Shown: piece after piece, positions 17,414 through 29,400 of the stretch
How positions within the stretch are numbered: the first letter of the stretch is position 1
How the letters are laid out: every line of letters starts with the position of its first letter
Assembly (NCBI GenBank): GCA_965660855.1
Contig: CBFIBM010000001.1
Span: 256,001-320,000 of the forward strand
Origin: an uncultured bacterium
GTDB lineage: Bacteria > Fidelibacterota > Marinisomatia > Marinisomatales > UBA1611
Reading direction: 5' to 3'
Length of the DNA: 64,000 bases
The notes under the pieces: generated by a model
The model's database searches: none
The model's input: only the letters and a program-made list of their open reading frames with translations
Told to the model about the DNA's origin: nothing
Program-made: the position numbers and the translations under genes

Positions 17414-20400
17414 ATGTATAAATCATATAATTCTAAGTATTTATCTGTCGTATTATTCCTGTTTTTTCAGTCGGGTTTGATATTTGGACAAGCTATTGAT
17501 TTTTATCCTGCTGGTCAAGTAGCAGATGGTGATAATATTTACAATATTAATTCAACAGTTGCAACTAATGGTCCTTTTTCTGGGTCAAATGCCGGTGGAG
17601 TATGGGTAACGGGATCAAGTCTTGAATACACTTCATGGGATGTTCAAATACAATTTGATGGTGGGGCGTTTACTACTATAAACGGTGATGGTTCAAATGA
17701 TGATAATGCCTCTGCTAATGGGCAAAGTTTTGGAAGTGCAACTGTTCGCCCAACTGCTGATGGTGATCTTAATATCTGGTTTAGTCATGCAGAGATTGCG
17801 GCCACCTCAGGTTATCCTGGAACTGTTGATGGGATTAACATCTCATTTAGAATAAGAAAAGTAAGTGATGGTAGTACATTACCAACTTCGCCACAAGATT
17901 ATGCCTTTGATTTAGTTGCTCCGACTCTTACTTCTGCCAGTATAGCTTCAGATAACGATAATACAAGTTGGGCTAAGTCTGGCGACAATATTACCATAAC
18001 GTTAACTGCACCAAGTGGAAGTGACGGAGAAAATTTAGGTACCTCAGATCAATGGTCAACATCAATTCAGGGTCTTGGTGCTTCTGTATCAGGTTCAGGG
18101 CTTGTTTGGACTGTCTCAGCAACTGTAAGTAGTCATCCGGAAGGGACTGTTTATTTTCAAATAACATATTACGATGCATATGAAAACCCAGGAACTGTAC
18201 TAACCGCTGTAGTGGGAAATACTTCACAAGTAATAATAGATAAGACTCCCCCTAATATTTCAGCTACAATTCTATCAGATGATAATACAAATAATACACA
18301 ATATTTAGCGACTACTGGTGACGACGTTACTTTAACAATTACTGCAACTGATGATGATGGAGGTGCAGAGATTATTCAAGTTCCAACCGTAACTATTGAC
18401 GGAAATACTCCTACTGGAAGTAATCTTTCTGTTCCAGCTAGTTCCTACACTGCTTACAGAACGATGCAAGCAGGTGATACGCAAGGAGATGTTGGCTTTG
18501 CAATTACTGGTATAAAAGATAGAGCCGGTAATACGGCTACCAATGTAACTGCTGTTACATCTGGTAGTAATGTTCGGTTTGATTCAGCTGTTCCAACAAT
18601 AAATTCTCTCACAGTTGCATCAAATAACGCCATTGCGAGTAATAAAGCTACCATAGGAGATGTTATAACTATTTCCTTTGCATCAACTGGTAATGAATCT
18701 TTACAAACTCCTGTTGTTACTATCGATGGTGAAGATGCGCTTGAGCAACAAAATGGGAATGCTTATACTTGGACAGCAACAAAAACAATGGATGCGGAAG
18801 ATACGGAGCGACTTACGCAGTTCTCATTGAATTTTAAAGATTTAGCTGCTAACAGTGGTACCGCTTTAGATCATGGTGATATTACAGCTGGTACACTTGT
18901 TGATTTTGACGCAACGCCTCCAACAATTAATTCGGAAACTGCTTCCACCACAAATTCCTACGATAACACGCTAGCAATTTTAAATCAGGTCATCTCTATT
19001 GATATTGTAAGTGCTGAAGAACTCTATAGTATTAAGGATGTTCTTATCGCAGGGAAAGCGGTAGCTGATCAAGTGACTGCAGCAACAAATGTAACAGATT
19101 GGACTATAAATCATGTAGTGGATGGTACGGAAGCGGATGGGTATGTTGGTTATTCTTACACAGCTGTTGATTTAGCTGGAAATGAGACAAATGTAGTTAA
19201 ATCAAGTAGTAGTATTCGTATCGATAACTCAAAACCAGTGCTAAATACAGTTACCATTATTTCAAATAATACAAATACTGCTTACGCAAAAATTGGTGAT
19301 GTTGCTACGATAAATATTGTTGCAAATGAGGCTCTCCGCATTAGCCCTGTTGTTTCGATTCAAGGGAGAACTGCGACTATCGCTGCTGCAGGAGATGGCA
19401 TCACCTTTACAGCAACTCATACCTTTGATAATACTGATACTGAAGGTCTCGTAGCTTTTCAAATTGATTTTGAAAATGCTTTTGGACTTGCTGGAGACAG
19501 AATTATTGATGATGGTACAGGTTCCACAACTAATAATGGCGCAACCGTAAGGTTTGATAGAACAGCTCCTACATTAAACCCTGTTACTGTAACATCAAAT
19601 AATAATAATTCTTCATATGCGAAAGTAGGTGATATTGTTACGTTATCTTTTACTTCTATTGAAGCGATTCAAGATCCACCAACAGTCGTTTTCCTAAGCA
19701 CACCGGGAGATAATCGAGCTGGGACTGTTTCTGGAAGTGGTACAAGTTGGAATGCAACATATACTATGCAAAACTCTGATACAGAGGGAGATGTTGATTT
19801 TTACATTGATTTTGTTGATATCGCGGGGAATACGGGTGTAAGAGAAACAAGTCTTTCATCTGGAAGTGAAATTATTTTTGATCGTGATATACCCGAACTC
19901 ACAACTGTAGATATATCCTCGAGTAATGCAAATCCAGCTCTATCAAAAGTTGGTGATGTTATAACCTTAGCTATTACTTCAGATGAAGATATTCAGATAC
20001 CGACTGTTACTATTGCAGGAACCACAATAGCTAGTGAAAATATTACCGGTAATGATGGTGAAAGAAACTTCACAGCTACATATACGATGCAAAGCTCAGA
20101 CAATACAACAGCTGCTATTGGTTTTACAATTGATTTTGCAGATCTTGCAAATAATTTAGGAACTCAAAAAACAGCTATAGTAAATGATGGAGATGGACTT
20201 GGAGTTGGTTTTGACAAACAGGCGCCAGGTTTAAATATTGTTACTATACTTTCGAATAATGATAATAGAGCAGGAACAGGAAATAAAACTGGTTTAGCAA
20301 TAGTAAATGATATCATCACTTTAAACTTTGAGTCAGACGAAGATTTAAAAACTGGAGTGACTCCGGCTGTCCTTATTGCGGGAAATGCTGCAACGGTTGT

Positions 20401-23400
20401 TCGTAATGCAAATAATGATTTTACTGCCACTTATCAAATGGCATCAGATGATGACACAGATGGAGCTAATATTACTATTTCTATTTCTAACCTTGTTGAC
20501 CCATCTGGGAATACTCCTGCTAGTGCAATAACAACAACTACTGATGGTTCGTATGTTAAATTTGATAAAACAAACCCAATCTTGGGTTCTATTACTATTG
20601 CATCTAATAATTTAAATAATACACTTGCTATCGAGGGTCAAGTTGTTACATTGACTTTTGCATCTAGTGAAGATATCGGAACACCAACTGTGAATATCTT
20701 GGGTGGTGCTGCTACAGTTACTAATGTTGCAGACTCAAGTAATTGGGTTGCCACAAAAACTGTTGGTGGCGCTGATAGCGAGGGTGTAGTAGGATTTAGT
20801 ATTGCTTATTCTGATAAGGCAGGAAATAACGGAACGACGAGAACTGATTTAACAGGCGGAGGTGATCCTGTTACTGTTGATCTAACAGTACCTCAAATTA
20901 CCAAAGCTTCTATAGCTACAAATAATTCCACAGGCGATGAATTATCGGTTCCTGGTGATGTCGTAACTCTTGAAATAGAGACCTCAGAGGCTATTCAGAC
21001 ACCGACTGTTACTATTGCCACACAAACAGCTACTGTAAGTCAAGGTGCAGATGCATTAACGTGGACAGCCACATACGCGATGACAACAAATGAATCAAAT
21101 GGAGCAGTTCCTTTCGCAATTGATTTTACGGATCTTTCCGGAAACCAAGGAAATGGTGGGGCTTCCTATACCGCCTTACTAAATGACGATGATGGAAACT
21201 CTGTCAGTTTTGATAAAACTCAGCCAGAGTTAGATTATGTAAATATACAATCAGATAATACTTTGCCTGCTTATGCTAGAGTTGGATCTGAAGTAACTTT
21301 AGGGTTCGAGTCTAACGAAGCATTAAGCTCATATGCTGTAACTATTAATGGAAATACAGTTGCAGTTTCTTATGATGCTGTTGCAGATAGATATAGCGCT
21401 GCATATACCTTAGTTGACGGAGATTCGGAAGGGGATGTTACGTTTACAATTGATTATACAGATTTAAATGGTTATCAGGGCGTTCAGCAAACGGAAACTT
21501 TAGATGATTCTAATGTAGAGTTTGATAAAACTCCTCCACAGATGGATGTACTCACTTATTCTTCAAATAATGCAAATATGACATCAATGGCAAAAGAAGG
21601 AGATGTTATTACTGTAAATCTTGAAGCGGATGAAAATTTACAATCTCCAACTATTACCCTAGCAGGAAATGCTAGCGGAACTCCAGTTGTTGGAGGTACA
21701 AATGCTATTTGGAGTTCGGCTTACACTGTTCCATCTCTGTCTGATGGTGTTGTTGCATTGCAAGTTGATTTTAAAGATTATGCAGGTAATTCTGGTACTA
21801 GGCAGGTTGCGCCGTTGACAGGATCTGCTGTGACCTATGATGGTACTGCTCCGACACTTGGAACAGTAACCTTTGTAAGTAATAATAGCTATTCAACTGC
21901 AAAAGCAAAATTATTTGATGAGGTAACTCTTACAATTGCTGCAGATGAAAGCATTCAAACACCAACTATTACAATTTCAGGGACTTCTATAACTCCAACG
22001 ATGGGACTAAATTCTGAAAATTGGGTTGCTACATACATTTTACAAGAATCCGACGCAGAAATAGATATTCCATTTACTGTAGATTTTAATGATTTAGCTG
22101 ATAACGCTGGAACTCAAGTAATTGCTACTACCGGTGGTGAGGTCGTTAATTATGATAATACAGCTCCTGTAACTACCGGACTTGTTGTTGATTTGAAAGA
22201 TGCATCGGACACAGGGTTATCAAATAGCGATAATATCACAACTGTTTTAACTCCTACATTTGAAATTCAAAATTTAACATCAGGTCCTGCTTCTGCGACA
22301 GGAGAGAAGTTAATTCTTAATATTAATGGCACGGACTATGATTCTCTGACAATCACTGTTAATGCAATGAGTATATCTGTCCCTGATGCAACCCCGCTTA
22401 CAAATAATGTACTTCCCTATACGGTGACAGCATATATAAGAGATCTTGCTGGTAATTTATCTCTTGCATCCACATCCTCTATTTCATTAACAATTGATAC
22501 TGAAGCACCATTAACAAATGCTGAAATAAATCTTGTTGATGGGTCAGACTCCGGATCTGATAATGCTGATAATATTACAAGTGACAATACGCCCACTTTA
22601 GAAGTGAATGGATTAGCTGATGGAGAGATTTATACTGTTATTGTTGAATATGATCTTGAAGGTGGTGCATCTGACCAAGTAGTTGTTAATGATCTTATGA
22701 GTCAAGCAGTAACGGATCAATTTACTACAACCGCATTAAGTGATGGGGTTTATACTTTTACGTATAAATTGGTAGATACAGCGGGAAATACTTCATTGGA
22801 AAGTGATCCTCTTGCAGTAACAATTGACCGAACACAACCTGCAATATCAAGCGCTCCTGATCTTGTTGATGTGTTTGATACAGGTACTCTAGATAGCGAT
22901 AATCTTACAAATCTCGAAAATCTTCAATTTAGTGTATCAAATTTAGTTGTGGGTGAAACCTTAACAATATATAACGATGCTGATGATAGTGTCTTAGGTA
23001 GCAAAACAATAACAGCAGTAACAGAGACTATTACGATAAATGGTTTTACGGAAGGTGCACATACTGTTTACGCACGACTAACAGATTTAGCAGGAAACCA
23101 GTGTGGTGAATCTGGAGCACTTAGTTTTACTGTAGATATAACTGCAATCGATGTTACTGGTATTACTCTCGATCTAAATACTGCAGATGACTCTGGTACT
23201 AGGTCTGATGACGATCTTACAAATATTAACACACCAACTTTTACATTAGCAACGGTCTCTATTAATGATATCGTACATCTTTACGCAGATGGCAGTTTAG
23301 TTGGTTCAGCAACTTCTATTGGATCATCAGTTGAGGTAACAAGTAGCACGCTAGTTGATAATCCGTATGAAATGAGTTTTACCGTGACAGATTATGCTGG

Positions 23401-26400
23401 AAATGTATCTCTTGTTTCAGGTAATACATTGGATATTACGATTGATACGACTCCATGGGGAACGTTAAAAGACCTTGTCTTAGTTACAGATACTGGCGTA
23501 GATAATGCAGACAATATTACCAATGATCAAACGCCTACATTTAATATTCCTTCTGATTTAGATTTTGCCGAATTAGATATGATTCGTCTATACAGGAATA
23601 ATGGTGTTTCAACGACTCTTATTCACTCTGAGAGAAAGTTAGCTTCTACAACTTCTCATAGTATTACTGTTCCTAATGCGTCTGCGCTTGGGGAAGGTAG
23701 TTATGATTTCAGATACGACATAGTGGACTATGCTGGGAATGTATCCTTAGCAACGAGTGCCTCTTTATCAATTACTATAGATGTAACGCCTCCACTATAT
23801 TCGCAAAATACTCCTGATTTAAGTGATAATACAGATACAGGAGGAGATTCATCAGACCCAACGGATCCTTTAACTATTGATAATTTAACAAATAGTTCAA
23901 CGCTTACGGTTACTCTAGGTGGGTATACAACAGGTGATTATGCTGTTTTAAGTTATTCCTATGGCGGCGTAATAACTGTAGTAGAAGATTATAGCTTAGT
24001 TGAAGCCGGTGATGCAGGAAGCAAGACGTTCTCATTTCCGCATGTTGGAGAAGGAACCTACTCAATACTTTCAAATGCATCTGATGCAGCAGGAAATCTT
24101 ACAGGAACTACAGCCTTAACTGTCACCGTTGATACCACCCCTCCAGATGCAAATCTAGTTGTATTAGATTTAGTAGATGGCTCTGATACTGGTGGTGATC
24201 CTTTAAATGGTTCTGATCCTTTAACTATTGATAATATTACAAATGATACTACTCCAGATATAACAATTTCTGGAGTCTCATCTCTGGATTCGGTTATTGT
24301 ACATAATAATGATGTTAATAACTCAGGAAAAGCTAGAGGGCTTCCAACTGGAACGACAATAACATTAACACAAGATTTTACATCTGCTGCAGATGCGCAA
24401 ATTAATATGCATGTAACCTTAAAAGATCTTGCTGGAAATGAATCCGTAGCTTCTCCTGTTCCCCTGGTTCTAACCTTAGATACTACTGCACCGCTTTCTG
24501 GAACAACTCCCACCTTGCCAGACTTAACGGATGCAACGGATACAGGAGAATATCCATCAGATAATAAAACATACCTACAAAATCCAAGTTTTGATTTAGA
24601 TCTAACAGGCGTCTTTGAAGCAGATAGTATTATTCTTTTTGCCCAAACAGGAATAATAAAATCTACAGTGGGACGTAGTATTAAAATTTTGAATGATCAA
24701 ACCGCATCCATTACAGTAGGTGAAGGTGGAGTAGCTGTTGGAACAAAATTAAGTGAAGCTAGTGATTATATTATAACCTATAAATTAAAGGATGCAGCAG
24801 GAAATATATCCTCTGAAAGTGCTCCTTTGAACCCATTGCATATTGATATCACTTACCCAGCTGTTCCTGGAAATCCAGATCTTGAATCTGCATATGATAC
24901 GGGGAAAAGTGATTCTGATAATATTACAAATGCATCAAATGTTTTTATTGATATGCCAGGGATTGAACCCGGTCTAATTGGAAAGCTCTATACCTTCTCT
25001 GATGTGGGAGATGATGGTATAGCTGGAACTGGAGATACTGGTGAAAATGATGGGATATTTAATTTTGAGGATTATGGTTTAGATGCTACACCTGGTACCA
25101 ATGATTTTGGTGAAGGGAATGGTGCATATGATGAAGGAGAAAACTCTGCAGAATCGCCTACAATCGTTGTTGCTGATTACAGCGGTGATAACCCTAACTT
25201 TGATAATTGGTTTTTAAATGATTGGGATCTTTCAGGAAATGACTCAGATTGTGGATGTTTAGATGGAACTCTTACTTATAATTACGAAACAGCTCCAAAT
25301 GATTCTGTAGCGATTGGTTTTTTTACAATTCATGAAGATTTAGTTGGTCATAGAAAACAGTCTTCTAATGCATTAATTATTCAAGCGGATAGAAAAATTC
25401 CATTACAATTAGCTACTGTGACTTATTCAGATGCTGATTTCTTAGTGAACTCTACTAATATTCTAAGGTATACTTTTACTTATCCAGAAGAATTAGATTC
25501 TAGTATTGAACCTCCAACTTTTGACCTGAGGTTCCCTACAGAAGCACCAACTTTAGAAAATCAACCATTGGTTTATTCTGGATCTAACAATGTATGGTAT
25601 TATGATTTAAACCTATCAGGTTATAGTGGCGAAAATGGTTTAATCATAGCTCAAAATCATTCAGCTCGTGATGTTGCAGGTAATTCAATTGTAGCACCTC
25701 TTTGGACAGATATAACAATTGATAATTTACCTGCGGAATTCACTCAGATATCACCAGATACAGGTTCATTCAATAATGTTTTGAATAATTTCTCCTGGAT
25801 CTTAAGTGAAGATTTAGATCCTGCGCAAACAAACGTTATCAATTTTTATCAAAACAATACTGTTGTCACGACTTACCCTCTTTCTGGAACTGAGCTTTTG
25901 GCTGGAATACGTGCAATTGGTGAATTGGGTATTGGTTTTTCTATTGCAGATGGAATGTACACTATATCTTTTGAGACAGTAGATGTTGTTGGGAATGTTG
26001 GAAAAGTAGATTTAGAAAATTACTCATATGATACAAAAAATCCTTCCGTTTCGATGAGCTACTCTAGAGAAGTAGTAACGGCTGATTCTATAGTAACAAT
26101 TACAGCTACCTTTGATGAACCTGTTAAGAGTTCTCCTGTAATTCACCTTACAGCGATGGATAGTTTGATTGCTGGTGCAAATCATATTGAAGCTGAAATG
26201 ACACTACCTGGCGGTTGCGAGTGTTTAGATAATAATGGAATTCTTATTCCTGAATGTGATCCTGCAATTGATGAAGCTACTTGCACAGATGTTAATGGAT
26301 TTAATGCAAATTGGGATCCTGATTACTTTGGTGTAGATGATAGTACTATTTGGATTTATCATTACACCGCCCCTGATATTGATGAAGTTAATTTAAGTAT

Positions 26401-29400
26401 TACCAATTCAGGTGTAGTTGATGTTTGGATAATTGCAAATGATTTAGCTGCAAATCCATTATATATGAATGATAATGCAGTAAATGGTACCACATCAGGA
26501 TATACAAATTCAAAACCTCTGTATGTTGATAACGATAAAACAATACCAACTTACAGTTATGTGAATCTTACAAATAGCTCCATAGTAGATGCAGCTGGTA
26601 ACCCAACTAATTATGCTGGTGCAGGTGGGGATATAATTGAAATTACCATTACTTTAAATCAGCCCATCTTAACTAATAATCCTATTCCAGAGCTGAGATA
26701 TTCCTATGGATCTGGTTCTGGAGATGGAATAAGTGATGTTACTTTCGTCTCTGTTGCTGATGTAGAAGATGGAATTGACCCTTCATCTATTGACCCCTTA
26801 ACTGAGGCTAATAGAATTTGGAAGTGGAATTTACTCATTCCTGATTTGCTGGAGTGGGATGGAGAAATAGATTTTAACTTATATGCTCGAGATTTAGCAA
26901 ATGTACTCATTTCAGATATAAATGAAGTAGATGATAAAAGTTTTATTGTAGATAATATTCATCCTGCTGATTTTCAAACTGGTACAGTTACTGTTGCTGG
27001 TGAAAATCCAGTACAGGGATATATAACAGGTTTTATAAATCAAATTAGTGTGGCTGTTCCAATTCCTACACAAGCTGAAGATCCTACAATTATTAACGGT
27101 GAAGTAAAAGTGGAGTTCTTTAATTTGAATAGGGGCGTTGATTGGGTTACCATTGGAACAAATTCAGACATCACAGAGGTAGGCGATTTAGTGTTCACTA
27201 GGAATTTAACAGATCTTTATGCAGTTATGACTCAAGATGTTGATATTATTACTGGTGATCAAATTTCTGTTCGTGCTAGTCTCATTGATCGTAATGGAAA
27301 TGTAACAATTGGATCTGAAAGTGCTATGCAAATGGCGTATGATCCAACTGCTCCTGTTATGGGTTCTATAACAGGTGGTAATTTTTCAGGTGAAAGTAGC
27401 CCTCAATATTCGAATGATTTAATTAATCTAGAATGGTCTGAGTTTCTTGAAAGTGATCCAGGTGAATCTGGTGTCCAGAAATACGAAATATTAATTCGAA
27501 AACTAGCAGACGGAGATTGTGATTGTCTTGACTCTGATGGAAATATTATTGCAGAATGTGAATCCACCGTTGATTATACTACCTGTGTTTCAGATGTTGA
27601 AGATGGTGGCTTTGCGAGTAACTGGTCTATTGAAGATATTGCTGATAGTGTACTTATCGATTGGACGGAAGTCTTACCGCCAACAACAAGTTTCTCCTAT
27701 GAACCTGTTTTAGAGCACAATAATAAGTATAGAGCTTTTGTTCGAGCTATAGATGTAGCAGGAAATATATCTTCTACGTTATCTTCCGAGATTTTATTTA
27801 GATTAAACTCTGCTCCAATTATATCATCTTTAGAATCTGCAATATTAAATGAGGATTTTTTCTGGTCGGATACGATAAAATTCACAGATCTTGATTTAAA
27901 TATCCAACAAAATGATCAATTTACGTTTGAAGTAATTACAACTCTTCAAGAAGGAGCAACAGCATTTTTAGAAGAGGGTGTAGCACAAGGTGGTAGTGTA
28001 TCTGAGATTATTTTCTCTGAATCAGCAGTGCCTCAAGATAATTTTTATAAAGGAAATGTCGTCACATTATTAGGTGGTGTTGAGGATAGTGTTAGGACAA
28101 TTTTAGACTATGATGGTACAACAAAGGTTGCTACTATATCAGAAGGGTTAAATGATTGGACTTCTCCACCAATACAGGGTTCTCAATATAAAATAACCAG
28201 AGGGTCCGTTTCGATAAATGCATATACACCAGAGGAAGGTGATTCAGGCATTGACAGGTATGCCATTTTATCTTGGAAACCAACACAAGTTGATGTAAAC
28301 AGCTATGATCTATCAATTAGAGTAAATGATGCATATAACCACGCTGACACATTACCGCTTGTATTAACCGTTCGACCTATCAATGACCCACCAGTATTTG
28401 TGATTGCTGACGATAATAAAACTATTGAATGGAGAGAAGACACTAGTTCTGTTTTGCCTGCTACACTGAATTTAAGTCGTTATATGTATGATGTTGATAA
28501 TGATATGACAAACGAAGATGAAATAAACTGGACTGCTATTATTTATGATACATCCCAAATTGATGAAGACTTTCCCTATGGACAAGTTTTTGTGAAACCA
28601 GGAACTCCAAAACATATACAAGCAAGGCTACTTAGAGATAATATAGGTTTTGACATTTATGATATGGATTCAAAAGGAAGCAATAAAATATCTAGACGTA
28701 CATTAGAATTGATGAATAGTTCTGTAGTAAATGATCCTCTAATTAATATTACATTTACTATGACTGCAGCGGACTCGACCATAGCTACATTTTTTAGTGC
28801 ACCTAACTATTACGGTTCCAATCACATGGTTGTATTTGAGGTATCTGATTTGGATGGTGCTGCAGCTCGTGACACAATTACAGTTAATGTATTACCGGAA
28901 AATGATCCACCTTTAATCACAACTCTTGAAAATGCATTCGTTGCTGAAAATGACTCAATTAATTTAGAATTTGGTTCTTTCACTACTGATATTGATGATA
29001 CATCATTGACATTTACAATTGAAGCATTCAGAGCAAATAGACAAACGGGCGAAGTCATTTTAAATGAAAGTGGTTTACCCATACCTCAGGATAGTATCAC
29101 TATATTTCCAAATACTTTTATTTCACATAATGTTGGTGACTCTGTTTTATTTATTCCAGATAAGCTCTGGTCTCATAAAGCCATTATTCAAGTTGTTGCT
29201 AGTGATGGGGTTTCTTCTGATACCTCAAGTTTTACACTTGATGTAGAAAGAGTTTTGCGCCCTCATTTAACTGTTGCTCTTATACAAAATACTGCTTTTA
29301 GTAGATTCTTGCAGGTCATTGTTACAGATACAGCCTCCAAAGCAACAAATATTTCTATGGAAATTCAAAATCAAGATATAGAAATAGATACAATAGCTGC

